A stretch of DNA of 64,000 nucleotides from Octopus vulgaris (Eukaryota): NCBI GenBank assembly GCA_951406725.2, contig OX597817.1, forward strand, positions 157,418,001 through 157,482,000, read 5' to 3'. Below the pieces are notes generated by a model, which was not told the origin of the DNA, searched no databases, and worked only from the letters and a program-made list of their open reading frames with translations. Both the position numbers and the translations under genes were made by a program. This document shows positions 37,101 through 52,153 of this stretch, piece by piece. The stretch's first letter is position 1. Each line of letters begins with the position of its first letter.

Positions 37101-40100
37101 GAGCCTTGTGACTTTATAGATAAGGTACTGAAAAAGGACTAGGAATGAAACACAAAAAATGTTGATTTATAAATAGAAAATTACTGACAATCAAAAATTC
37201 TCTAAGAGATGGGTTTAGGTTTGATATGTAATGGTGGCCATCTTTCTAAGAAGCAAAACTGTCAAACAAAGTAAACTTTGTCAAGCTGAAGCAGTTCTGA
37301 TTCTCATTGAAACCGATTTCAATGAGTTATACTATTTATACTCTGAGGAGAAGCTTGAAGGTCACAATCATGTATAGCTTTAATGTATACTAGCACTCTG
37401 ACCCGGCAACACCGGGTCATAGTGCTAGTGCATGCATATACAGATGCGTGCGTGCACACATACATGCGAGTACTGTCGAAATCTCCGACCAATCACATAC
37501 AGCTAGCTGGCATTCAATTGGCGTATCAAGTTTCGGGCATTTTGATTGGGTTTTGGATAGAAAATTCACAAAAAAAGTCACTTCTATTGATTTTTCAATG
37601 GCTTTGCGGGGTGACTGGGGAAATGTAAAGATGTGCACGACCACCCTTGGACGGTTTTGAATGAGCATAGAAAGTGTGAGCCCTCTAACTGAAAAATTGT
37701 GGATTTGTATAAAGGACACACACACACACAGACACTCAGACATTTTGCCGTTTATATATATAGAGATGTTAAAATATATGTCTTTTTCTAATTGCCAAAA
37801 GAAACCAAAGTGTTCGTTATCCTGTTATTCCTGTTCTACCCATACTTCACTCTCATCATATCCAGGTTGTCGTTGGAGGTCTGATAGTTGATATTTATTC
37901 AAAACTGAAGAATAACTCAGAGGTTAGAATTTTTTTCTTATCTTGTAACATAACATTTTCACCTTCCATATAACTTTCATTCTTTCCTTTTCTTCCTTTA
38001 TATTTTTTCTGTCTTTCTTTCTCTCTTATAACATCAATGATTCTACTGTAGAATAAGGTTATAGATGAACCCTTATAAATATTGATTAACAACCAGAAAA
38101 GAATCTAGTTCCTTCAAGATTATTGTGTAACTGCTCATGTAATGCTTATTTTTTTAGGGTAAAAATGTTTATTTTTCTCAATTTTATCTAAACAGACAAT
38201 CAGCATGAAAGTACCTTTGCTGTATTTACCTTGAGCATAATCCTATGAACCCGGAAAAATTTAAAACAGAGAGTTACTTACTTGCAAATAAATGTGTTAA
38301 CATGTGACATTATTGACCGAGGTTACCGTGGTCTTTTCCGTAGGCTTTTCTTTCCACAGATAAACCTTATCTACTTCTCCCTTTACATCATGACATTTCT
38401 GTGATACACGATCCCTATTGATTGTTTTTTTTCCCTCTCTTTTTACGATCCCTTTTGATCAAAAACCTACCCCCTTTTTATTTTTTCTTCTTATTTTTTT
38501 TCTCCCCAAAAAGAAAATCTCTACTTTGTAATTTGTCCCCTCTGTGTTCAGCCCTGTGTGGCTAATAAAGAAACATATATTTAGTACTGATATCTTACCA
38601 GCTATATACTGTAGTTATTTATTTCAATTTATTTTACATCACAATTAGTAGAAAATAGTATTGCCAATACAGGTTTCCAACAAGCTTATCACTGGTTCAC
38701 TTCATTTCCAATGGAGAGATCAGAAAGAGAGTGTCTGTGTAACTTGAAACAGAAGAAACCTAATTTGAGAAGCACCAGTTTCTAGTTTTCTCACCTTGTC
38801 TTCATCTTGTAGCAGCACAAGCAGTCAGCGCCATATTGGATGAGATCTCGCGGCAGCCATTGCCATGTCTGAGACTGGAGCGAGACCTCACCTGCATCCA
38901 TTTGCCATGCGCGAGATCACAACGAGGCTCGTGATAGAAAACTATATAAAGGGAAAACCCTCTTCAAATCTCTCTTTTTGGCGCCACTACACAGCAGCGC
39001 TTGCTGAACACACCATGGGCTGGAGGCAATTTGCACCCGCACTATCGGAGCTTAAGATGGTAGCTGAGAGCAGCATACTTCACCTTTCCTGTAAATAAAC
39101 CAGTTGTAAATAGCATTTATACTTGAAGTCTTTTCTCTTCGCCTGCCAGAAGCTTGAACTATATGAAGAACAAAAGGATGATGGAAGGAGACGATATTCT
39201 TCCGATATCGTAAACCTTGCCTTCGTACAAACAATAACTCTGAGCACCTTTTCAAACTCCACCCATCTAACACCCGTGGACATATTTACAAAGTAAGAAA
39301 ACAGCACAGCTCCCATGACTTCAGGAAACATTTTTTCACGCTGAGAGTTGCTGAAGCATGGAACAAACTGCCGGCATCAGTTGTTAGTTGTCGGAGCACT
39401 GCATCCTTCAAAACTTCCATGCTTCCTGAGATTCGCCAACACTACACTTGATTTTCTCCCTTCCATACACACACACAAGCATGTATCTGACTCATACATT
39501 GTTCGCTTTTCAGAGATTTCTACATTACTGCATGTACTTTATATGCACTTTCTGACAAGTTGTGGTGCACCTGAGCACTGTATACAATTAATTTCATTAT
39601 ATTATATTATTAAAATCTATTGCAGATATACATGCATATACTGAAATACTATATTTTAACATTCATTAACCTAGAAAAGGCTTTTGACAGAACATCACAT
39701 TCTGTAGTCTGATGGCTGCTATGAATACCACATATAGATGAATAGATTGTCATAGAGGTGCAAGTCACACACAGAGATAATGTCAGGAAGGTGAGAGTTA
39801 GCAAGTTCAATGAAATTACAAGGCATTTATCTACATTTAGTTGCCTTAGTACCCACCAGACTGCAGAACTAGGGTATAACTCAAAGCCCTCCTCCATTTA
39901 CATGAAAGGATGGTTGATATAGGTAATATGAATCCATCTAAATCATGTTATATTGTGAGGGGTTTTGCTGTTAATTATACAAAAGTCTAGATTCATTGGT
40001 GATTTCCAACTCACTGACTTAGAAAGTTGTGATATTAAACTGATTTTTGAATTTTAAGTTTTTTTTCCAATCTAATTTAAAATAAAGGACATATTAACAC

Positions 40101-43100
40101 TGTTTTCTAATTCAGTGTCATTGTATTGCCCCCTTTCAAACCTTTAGAGATTAACCCGACTGAAACCGGCTCTGGCTCTGTTGTACAAATGTCTTGTTTT
40201 CATATGTTTTGAATTAAAATCTTCCACCAAACCTTAGTCACAATTTATATTCCTAACATTAGGTGAATGATAACTAAGCTATTTTACTAAATTCTTTGTT
40301 ATATTTAAAGTAATTGAAAGGAACCCAGAGCATCTCAAAATAAATAATGAAAGGGTTAAAGAGCTTTAACTCATTCACTGCTCTATGCAACTTTAATTGA
40401 CTTACTTGCTAGTCAACATATTTGACTAATTAAGTAAAAATGTCCATATTTATTTAAACAACCACCAAGTAGTAAAGTGGATAATATCGTTTTTGTGCCA
40501 ATAATATATCTACATGCAGAAGTTATCCCTGGGCATGGATACATTGAAACTCCGACATCTGGCAGCTGACTTGGCAGACACCCATAAAATTATTAGCCAT
40601 CTTACAAACAATAACTCTGAGGACCTTTTCAAACCCTACCTGTCTAACACCCGTGGACATGTTTACAAAGTCAGAAAACAGCACAGCTCCCATGACTTTT
40701 GGAAATATTTTTTCATGCTCAGAGTTGCTGAAGCATAGAACAAACTGCTGGCATCAGTTAGTTGTCGGAGCACTGCATCCTTCAAAACTTCCATGCTTCC
40801 TGAGATTCGCCAACACTACACCTGATTTTTTCCCCTCCATACACACGCAAGCATGTATCTGACTCATACACTGTTCACTTACCAGACACTTGTACATTAA
40901 TGCATATGCTTTATACACACTTTTGACAAGTTGTGGTGCACCTGAGCACTGTATACAATAATTTCATTATTATCTTTTAAAAAAATTTTCAGAGTAGGTA
41001 GGAGTAGTAACCACGAGGAGGAGTTATTAAAATTTACTGTATTTGATGGCATAAACGACACATGGGTATATTAGATGTACCCCAATTTCAGCAGTGCATA
41101 TTCATAAAATAAAAAAGCTTTTTAATATTTAAAACAACTTGACACATTGGACCTGGAGTGATTTTCTTTGAGACATTTTTGGGGCAAAAGGTGCATCTTA
41201 TATACCATTGAATACCATAATAAACTTAATATGTTTTATCTAAAGAAAAAATAAAGGATCGTTTTAATAGCTCACTTTACTTCTCAGGGTCTCAATTCTT
41301 TAACAATAGGGGATTTGTATTATCTTAGAATGTCATATTTTCTCTCTCTGACACTGAAAGGGATTAATAGTATGTTACTCTACTTAAAACTTTGCTATCT
41401 TTGCAGATTACAAGTGGTTTAATAAATCCTGTTTCCAGTACTCAGTGTTTTGCTGGAGTTGGATATAATATTGCAAACTGCTTGGGCAAAATTGGGAAGC
41501 AACCAGCTTTTGTGTCTGCTGTAGGGCATGATATCTTTGGCCGTTATTTCAAAGAAAGCTGCGAAGATATTGTAAGTATTATGTTTTCCATAATCTCTTT
41601 CTGTTGAAGTTAGTGATAAACCAACTAAGCTGGTGGTGGTGGTGGAGTTTATTCCATCTCAAATAGGTTTGAGATAGAGTAACATGTTAGAGTCAGGTGT
41701 CGTATATGACTTCCAAGAAAATTTTGATAGATTTTTACAAGACATGGCCGATAGATTTGTCTATGTTAAGGGAAACAACTGTGTTTTTACAAAAGCTTTC
41801 AAGCGTCAACGAACACTGATGTGAGACGATGTGTGTGTGTGTATGTGTGCGCAGATAGAGAGAGAATAAGGAGGTATCAAATAAAGTAACGAACCAGAAG
41901 AATGAGATTTGTAAAAAAATTATTAATAAAAGAATAAGTAAAATTATGATCCAACCCATGCTAGCATGGAAAACGGACGTTAAACAATAATACAAAAGTT
42001 CTTTTTTTATTTTATTTTTTCTTCTGTTTTGGGGTCAAAATATTATAAATTATTCTATTTACGTCTTGATATGTATGTGTGTACATACACACACACACAT
42101 ACACACATAAGTTATACATATGCACACGTACATGCATGCATACATCTTGTATGATATTTAATAGATATATACACACACACACACACACTGGCTTCCGTGT
42201 TGGTGGCACGTAAAAAGCACCATCCGAATTGTGGCCGAAGCCAGTACCGCCTCAACTGGCTTCCGTGCCGGTGGCACGTAAAATGCACCAATCCGACCAT
42301 GGCCGATGCCAGCCTTGCCTGGCACCAGTGCAGGTGGCACATAAAAAGCACCCACTACACTCACGGAGTGGTTGGTGTTAGGAAGGGCATCCAGCTGTAG
42401 AAACTTTGCCAGATAAGACCGAAGCCTGGTGCAGCCTTCTGGCTTCCCAGATCCCCGGTCGAACCGTCCAACTCATGCTAGCATGGAGAACGGACGTTAA
42501 ACGATGATGATGATGATGATGATGATATAGTATATGATGTATGATAAAGTATATAACTAATCACAAGATATATCATACATATACCACGCATACGATTGAG
42601 TATATACCACATGATATATATATTATAGATTTTATTATATACCACATGATTTATTACAGATTATGTTAAGTACAGTCATGGCTGTAGGGTTAAAAAGCTC
42701 ACTTTTCAATGATATGGATCTTGGTTTGGTCCTATTAATTGGGTTCTCAAGCAAATATCTTCTGCCATAGTTTCACATTGACCTTAGCCTTGTGAGTGAA
42801 ATTTGAATAAGCAGTAACTGTCATTTGACTGTGGCCATGCTGGAGCACCGCCTTTAGTCGAGCAAATCGACCCCAGGACTTATTCTTTGGAAGCCTAGTA
42901 CTTATTCTATCGGTCTCTTTTGCCGAACCGCTAAGTTATGGGGGATGTAAACACACCAGCATCGGTTGTCAAGTGATGTTGGGGGGGGACAAACACAGAC
43001 ACTCAAACATATATACACACACACATATATATATATATATACAACGGGCTTCTTTTCAGTTTCCGTCTACCATATCCACTCACAAGGCTTTGGTCGGACC

Positions 43101-46100
43101 GAGGCTATAGTAGGAGACACTTGCCCAAGGTGCCATGCAGTTGGAATGAACCCGGAACCATGTGGTTGGTAAGCAAGCTACTTACCACACAGCCACAGAC
43201 CCAATTTTCAGTAGTTAATAATTATTAAAACTTGTATCTCTCAAATTACCTTAATCTTTGACCATATATTTTACAGGATATAAGTGGTGTGTTGCAAATA
43301 CAGGATCAATCTACTGCTATGTACCAAGGATTCCTTAAAGCCGATGGAGACCTTACAACCTCATTTATGGACCCAGGTTGTCTTAGTTATGTAACACCTC
43401 AACAGGTCTCTCCTTTCCTCTTTTCTCTTCTATTTCTCTTTCTTTAGGGTAATGGGTAAGGTTAGCATTGTAACAACACAACTGACATTAGTGGAATGTA
43501 TATGAATGTTAGACGGTAGCTAATGATTTTCTAAGTTGAGCATTGAGATAGCATCTGCTATCATGGTGGAGGCGCAATGGCCCAGTGGTTAGAACAGCGG
43601 ACTCGCAGTCATAGGATCGCGGTTTCGATTCCCAGACCGGACGTTGTGAGTGTTTATTGAGCAAAAACACCTAAAAGCTCCACGAGGCTCCGGCAGGGGA
43701 CGGTGGTGATCCCTGCTGTACTCTTTCACCACAACTTTCTCTCACTCTTACTTCCTGTTTCTGTTGTACCTGTATTTCAAGGGCCGGCCTTGTCACTCTC
43801 TGTCACGCTGAATATCCCCGAGAACTACGTTAAGGGTACACGTGTCTGTGGAGTGCTCAACCACTTACACGTTAATTTCACAAGGAGGCTGTTCCGTTGA
43901 TTCGGATCAACCGGAACCCTCATCGTCGTTACTGACGGAGTGCTTCTTAAGCTATCATGGTTTGCTCCATCTTCTAGAAATAGCAGGCAAATCTCCCTCA
44001 AATTACGCGCTAATATCATGAAAAATTACAGGATGCATTGGATAATGTTGTCCTCATAAGCAATGTCCCAGGGAATGATAGGTTCCTCATGACCGGAATG
44101 CCTTTGATTACTGATTTACTTATGCTCTGTTTATCAACCTCAAAAGATGAAATACAAAATTAACTTTGGTATGATCTGAACTCATAATGTAGAGCAGCGT
44201 TTCTCTACCAGGGTTCCCTGGAACCCTAGGGCTCTGCAAGGAAGTGTGAGATAAGCTAATGCTAATTTCATGATCATAATATTACGATACATGCACAACA
44301 TATTGGTTATTGTAATATAGACATCATCCTATCTAACCTATTATGTTATCAAAAAAAATTATAATAACCATATATATATATCATCATCATCATCATCGTT
44401 TAACGTCTGCTTTCCATGCTGGCATGGGTTGGACGATTCGATTGAGGACTGGCAAACCCGATGGCTGCACCAGGCTCCAATCTGATCTGGCAGAGTTTCT
44501 GCAGCTGGATGCCCTTCCTAACGCTAACCACTCTGAGAGTGTAGTGGGTGCTTTTACGTGCCTCCGGCATGAGGGCCAGTCAGGCGGTGCTGGCAATGGT
44601 CACGCTCAAATTATGTTTTTTACATGCGACCTGTACAGGAGCCAGTCCAGCAGCACTGGCAATGACTTCCCTCGAATATTTTTTCACGTGCCACCAGCAC
44701 AAGTGCCAGTAAGGCGACGCTGGTAACGATCACGTTTGAATGGTGATTTTTACATGCCACCAGTATGGAAGCCAGTCAGCTGCTCTGGCAATGATTATAC
44801 TCGAATGGTGCTCTTAGCACTCCACTAGCACGGATGTCAGTCATTGAATTTGATTTCGATCTCACTTGCCTCAACAGGTCTTCGCAAGCAGAGTTTAGTG
44901 TCCAATGAAGCAAAGGTATGCATAAGTTGGTTGGTTACACCCCTGGCATAGGCCATGGGTTATGGTCTCCCTTGGCTTACCGGGTCTTCTCAAGCACAAC
45001 ATATTTCCAAAAGTCTCGGTCACTAGTCATTGCCTAATGTTCGAAGGTCGTGCTTCACCACCTCATCTCAGGTCTTCCTGGGTCTACCTCTTCCACAGGT
45101 TCCCTCAACCGCTAGGGTGCGGCACTTTTTCACACAACTATCCTCATCCATTCTTGCCACATGACTATACCAGCGCATTCGTCTCTCTTACACACCACAT
45201 CTGATGCTTCTTAGGTCCAACTTTTCTCTCAAGGTACTTACATTCTGTCAAGTATGCACACTTACATTGCACATCCAACGGAGCATACTGGCTTCATTCC
45301 TTGCAAGCTTACGCATGTCCTCACCATTCACGGTCCATGTTTCACTGCCATGTAGCATGGCTGTTCGTACACATGCGTCATACAATCTACCTCTTACTCT
45401 GAGCAAGAGGCTCCCAACATCACTTGACAACTGATGCTGGTGTGTTTATGTCCCCGTAAGTTAGTGCTTCGGCAAAAGAGACCAATGGAATAAGTACTAG
45501 GTTTACAAAGAATAAGTCCTGGGGTTGATTTGCTCGACTAAAGGTGGTGCTCCTGCATGGCCGCAGTCAACTGACTGAAACAAGTAAAAGAGTAAAAAAG
45601 AGAGTAAAAGAGTATTAAATGATGATGATGACAACGTCAATATGACGACAATGATGATGATGATGATAATGTTAATGATGATGACAACGGCAATGATGAT
45701 GATGAAAATGATGATGATGATGTTAAATTACATCTTGAAATGTTTTCTCCTAAAGCAAATTCTATTATTTTTTAATTAAAAAAATTTATTTGAAATTTTG
45801 AGATACTAGTGTTGACAAGAAGCATCATTAGTGTTAAGATTCAATCTTGCTTTTGTGTTCAAATCCTTCCGGGATCGACTTTACAGCCTTTTGTCCCCAT
45901 AACTTCAGGGGTTGATATAATGAACACCATTCATATACTGGCATTCAATTAATTAGCTGCATATTTCTCCAATAAATATTCTTTATTAGTGTTGCATCTA
46001 GTTTAGAAAAATAATTATTTGAATGGCGACCTGCTGTGCTTGAGGAGACCTATTGAGTCAAGTATATCAACATCAAAATAAAAATCAAATGGAAATTGTA

Positions 46101-47185
46101 GTTGTGATACCCATGCTGGTGGCATGTAAAAAGCACCATCTGAACGTGGCTGATGCCAGTGCCGCCTTGACTGGCTTCTGTGCCAGTGGCACGTAAAAAG
46201 CACCAACCGATCGTGGCCGTTGCCAGCCTCCCCTGGCACCTGTGCTGGTGGCATGTAAAAAGCACCCACTACACTCATGGAGTGGTTGGCATTAGGAAGG
46301 GCATCCAGCTGTAGAAACACTGCCAGATCAGACTGGAGCCTGGTGCAGCCTCCTGGCTTCCCAGACCCCGGTTGAACCATCCAACTCATGCTAGCATGGA
46401 AAACGGACGTTAAACAATGATGATGATGATTATGATGATGAAGAACAGACTGATCTAAAAATATATAAACTGAGGTATGGCTGTATGGTTAAAAACTTTG
46501 CTTCCCATTCGCATATATTTCTTTATTGCCCACAGGGGAATAAAGAAATATATATAATACCTAGAGGGGACAAACAAGGACAGACAAAGGGATTAAGTCA
46601 ATTACATAGACCCCAGTGCATAACTGGTACTTATTTAATCGACCCTGAAAGAATGAAAAGCAAAGTTGATCTCAGTGGAATTTGAACTCAGAACATAATG
46701 GCAGACAAAATACTGCTAAGTATTTCGCCCAGCATGCAAACAATTCTGCCAACTCGCGGCCCATCCACATAGTTTTTGGTTTAGCCTTTCTGTGTGAAAC
46801 CTTAGGCAAGTGTCTTCTACTATAACCCTGAGCCAACCATAACCCTGTGAATGGATTTGACTTCAGCAAAAATTTAGATTCAGATGAATATGATACTTAA
46901 GTTGAGGCACCAGAATTTAGTACGGTATTATCCATAAAATTTCAAAACAAGATGATTAGAATCAAAATAAGCAACAAGGATATCCAGAGGTAATGCAGTA
47001 CAATTGTTTCACGCAACTCCATTTAATTGAACAATGCAACCATTACATCAATTTAAATGCAGAGCAATCCTCAGCTGCACAAAGACATAGAATTTAATTA
47101 AATTTGAAGGACGTATAGTATAATTTTGCCTAAAATCTCCAAGAAATTAAGGAGATAGACAAAGAACATTGTTGCCCTTCCTTCC

Positions 47186-47218
<33 letters not shown>

Positions 47219-47614
47219 TAAATTAGAGACAAAACCACTATTAGGCAAAAAATAGACAGCAGTTTGCAATGTTTTACCAAAAAGGAAATCTATAATTGTC
47301 ACTAAATGTGACTAGGATGTTAACACCCTAGTCACATTTAGCGACAATTATATTTATATGAAGGCACATGACCTAGTGGCTAGGCTGCTGCACTCATGAT
47401 CGCTATATCATGGTTTTGATTCTTTGAGTGGGCAGTGTGTTGTGTTCTTGAGCAAAACACTTCATTTCACATTCCCCTTTTGATCAGGAGAGAATGTTGA
47501 CTTGCTCACCAAGCCAGCAGGGTGGCGTCATTTGAAGACTAAAACAATGCAAAATGCATTGTGACCAGCAATGTGTAATGACATCTGATAACCTGGTCGG
47601 TCATGTGATCGTGA

Positions 47615-47645
<31 letters not shown>

Positions 47646-50600
47646 GGCGATTTTATTGAATAAATTTACTGTTTAGTATTTCAAGATATTTTTATGTAAT
47701 TTTGGTAAATAAATCTGTTAAAGTGAGATGTCAGTGTTATTTTCATATTTGCATAATTTAGATGACATAATTTAGATGACAGTTCATTCACATGATGATG
47801 ATATATATATATATACATACACAGGGTATGGTGAATGAACTGTCATCTAAATTATGCAAATATGAAAATAACACTGACATCTCACTTTAACAGATTTATT
47901 TACCAAAATTACATAAAAATATCTTGAAATACTAAACAGTAAATTTATTCAATAAAATCGCCATTGGTTTCAACCACAGCCTCCAGACGACTTCAGAATC
48001 TTCTGCAACTCTTCGGGATGGTCTCTTTGTTTAAATTGGTGAATGCTACCATAATTCTTGCCTTCAGTTCATCTTTGGTGTTACAAGGAATTTTTTTAGT
48101 CTCTCTCTCAACTGCGCCCCACACATAATAATCAAGGGGATTGCAGTGTGGGGAGTTAGGTGGCCAGATGTTAGGGGTGATGTGGTCACAGAAATTGTCT
48201 GACAGCCATGACTGGGTTCTTCTGCTTGTGTAGCATGGTGCAGAGTCTTGTTGCCAGACATAGGGTCTTCCAGCAGCCACCCTCTTGACCTAGGACAGCA
48301 CTACCTGCTCCAGGCACTTGATGTAGACCTCTGTGTTGAGTGTGAGGCCGTGTGGGAAGATGAGTGGAAGCATAACGTCACCATCACTAGTGATCACTCC
48401 ATACACCATGATGCTGACTGGATGTTTGATTTTTATCACTCTTGGTACATGTCCTCAGACTGATATCCAAACACTCTGGAATGTTCATATTAGAGCTTCT
48501 AGCATGAATGCCAAGCAGTGAGCATATTGTTTCAAATTTCTGGCAGAGTGAATTGCATCATAGTGCTATTTTTCTCATAGGCTGTGCCCAACTGTCCCTA
48601 CTATACTGTGTAGTTGACAAAATCAAAAACAATGTGCATGTACGAAATTAAAAATATAAAATAGTAACAATTTACCCTTCGCACTCTGCACATATATATA
48701 ATTATGTATGTATGTAAATAATTATGTTTGTGTATGTGTGTATCTATATACACCAACCAATCCATGCTAGCATGGAAAAGTAGACCATATACAACGATGA
48801 TGATGGTGATGGTGTTGATGATGATGATGATGATGATTTATCTAATTTACCTTAAACATTTTTCTCATTCACACCTCTATCAATTTTCTATTGGTTTTTA
48901 ACACTTCAACAAGTAAAATATTCAAGACACTTCTTATGATAGTACTATAGTGTTTCTTCATATTCTTACAGGTATATTCTCTGGAGGAAAAACTGCAAAA
49001 TGCTCCATTGGTCTGTATTGATGGCAATTTATCTAAAGAAATAATACTCATTGTGGCAACACTTTGCAGAAAACACAATGTTCCAGGTAAGTAGTAAAAG
49101 AAACCTTAAGGTAAATCTAATTAAGCTAACTATAAAAACTGTACTCTCCGTGTTTGTAGCCTTATTACTGACTGAACGTGCCATTCTACTTTTTTTTTTA
49201 CAGTATGGTTTGAACCTACAGACATAGACAAAGCCGCTCTACCATTCCTCACCGCTGCTCAAAACATGTTTACTTATATTTCTCCAAATATAGCTGAACT
49301 TTGTGTCATTTACCATACCGTCACAAAAAAAGAGGCAGATTCTTTCTTGAAGAACAAAAGTATGAAATATTTTCTTCTTACTTAAAATGATTAGTGAAGA
49401 AATTTCAAATATGGAAACAAAACTTAGAATTAAGAGGCTTCAAAGTAAACCTAACATAGTTCCATGTTTCCCCTAAATTTGCCAACAGTATGCCTCACCC
49501 CTTTTCCTTTTTTTTTAACCCATTAGCATTCATATTACTCTGTCAGATGTAATGTTTATTTATCCACATTGTTTTAAATTAATCATATTTCTTTATTGCC
49601 CACAAGAAGCTAAACATAGAGAGGACAAACAAGGACAGACAAACGGATTAAGTCGATTACATCGACCCCAGTGCGTAACTGGTACTTAATTTATCGACCC
49701 CGAAACGATAAAAGGCAAAGTCAACCTTGGCGGAATTTGAACTCAGAACGTAGCGGCAGATGAAATACCTATTTATTTCTTTACTACCCACAAGGGGCTA
49801 AACACAGAGGGGGCAAACAAGGACAGACAAACGGATTAAGTCGATTACATCGGCCCCTGTGCGTAACTGGTACTTAATTTATCGACCCCGAAAGGATGAA
49901 AGGCAAAGTCGACCTTGGCGGAATTTGAACTCAGAACGTAGCGGCAGATGAAATGCAGCTAAGCATTTTGCCTGGTGCGCTAACATTTCTGCCAGCTTGC
50001 CGCCTTTAAATTCATCATGTACTATCTTGTAGCTTTTAGACTTTGATGATTACTCTCTCTCTCTTTTACTCTTTTACTTGTTTCAGTCATTTGACTGCGG
50101 CCATGCTGGAGCACCGCCTTTAGTCGAGCAACTCGACCCCCGGGACTTATTCTTTGTTAGCCCAGTACTTATTCTATCGGTCTCTTTTGCCGAACTGCTA
50201 AGTTACAGGGACATAAACACACCAGCATCGGTTGTCAAGCAATGCTAGGGGGACAAACACAGACACACAAACACACACGCACACATATATATATATATAC
50301 ATATATACGACAGGCTTCTTTCAGTTTCCGTCTACCAAATCCACTCACAAGGCTTTGGTCGGCCCCCGAGGCTATAGTAGAAGACAGTTGCCGAAGGTGC
50401 CACGCAGTGGGACTGAACCCGGAACCATGTGGTTGGTAAGCAAGCTACATACCACACAGCCACTCCTGCGCCTATGAGTTAGTTTTTAGATTGACATTGT
50501 ACTGTAGGTGTGAGAGGTTGGATCTGGCCAATTTGAACATAAAACAAGGATGGCATTTTGGCTGGATATGGCCGGTTTAAATGCTAAAGGGTTAAACATC

Positions 50601-51719
50601 TCATTTGTTGTTCACTTCCTGTGCATTGTTCTATGCACTTTTGGCAACTGTTTCTGATGAGTTGTAGTGCACCTGAGCACTGTATACAATAACTTCATTA
50701 TTACTACTACTGTCTTAGTTTGTAGGAATACAGACAAGACTCTTCAGCCATCTGGGAAGTGGCCGTGTTCAGTATGCAAGAAAGAAGTAGGAGGAATTCC
50801 ATGCATTGTACCCAACGTGTACTGGGTGCACAAGAGGTTAAGTGAGAGGAGGAAGTATTTGTATGTAACAGATACATAAGAATAGTTAGTTATACAGATA
50901 AGGTGCAGGAGTGGCTGTGTGGTAAGTAGGTTACTTACCAACCACATGGTTCCGGGTTCAGTCCCACTGTGTGACACCTTGGGCAAGTGTCTTCTACTAT
51001 AGCCTCAGGCCGACCAAAGCCTTGTGAGTGGATTTGATAGACCATCAGCAGCAGCAGCCGTTCAAGAATTTGGACCTGGAGATCTCCATTTCCAGTGACT
51101 TTGAGGGCCACTTCCCAGTGGTGTTGGGCGTCAACGAAGAGCCCTTGACTACAACAAAACGACCAAAGTTTTTTTTTTTCCCCAAGGTCTGGTGTCTCCC
51201 ACCCCTAAACCCTAGACCATCACCTAGTCATCCTTACCTCTATCAGTCAACATCTGTTTTTCCATGCTTGCATGCATTGGTTGAATTTCCTCCGGCACAA
51301 CATCTCATTATTTGTTGTGATTCTTTATCATTCTCTTTGTAAAGTCCAGTCATCATGAAGATCAGTCTTCATCACTTCTTCCTATGTTTTCCTTGGTCTT
51401 CCTCTCCCAAAGACTCCTTTCACTTGGATCCATTGGAACTTCTTTACTCAGATGTTATCCTTCATGTGGCCTACTTGTCCATATCGTTCCTCAGTTTTCT
51501 CTCTTACACTGCTTCTGTTTTCTCTTATAACCAATTTTTCTCTGAGTTCATTTGTGCTCCACTGTTCAAGTACATTCCTTATTTTCTTTCCCTGTTTCTT
51601 TCTGTGGAAGAGCGTAGGCTCGAAATGTTAAAGACTTTTTCACTTCCCGAGCGTTATACTAATACATCTGTTTGTTGTCTACACCACCAGTCTTTGTCTT
51701 TTGTTTTTTCGTGAATTCT

Positions 51720-51777
<58 letters not shown>

Positions 51778-52113
51778 TTAGAGACAAAACCACTATTTTG
51801 CAAATCAAACAAAGAAAGACTTAATCCAATACATAAAAAAATTTTAATATAAATTAAATAAAATTATATTCGCCACTACAATTGTTTCACGTCTCTTCTC
51901 AGGACATTCATCAGGTGGATTTCAGATCTAAAAATAATCAATATTTTTAAAATATAAATTTAAAATGACTAAAACTATAAATAATATAAATTTATCAATG
52001 AAAATATATATTTATATATATAGTCTATATATAATCTATATATAATCAAGAACTAAATTAACCTCTATAAACAATTGAATATAAAGAAACCTAGTATTTA
52101 AGTTCTCATTTAT

Positions 52114-52153
<40 letters not shown>

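Noticed and set aside
43567-43640. tRNA gene
   Set aside because: The tRNA-like head continues into a body shared with other SINE copies, and I see no clean cloverleaf.
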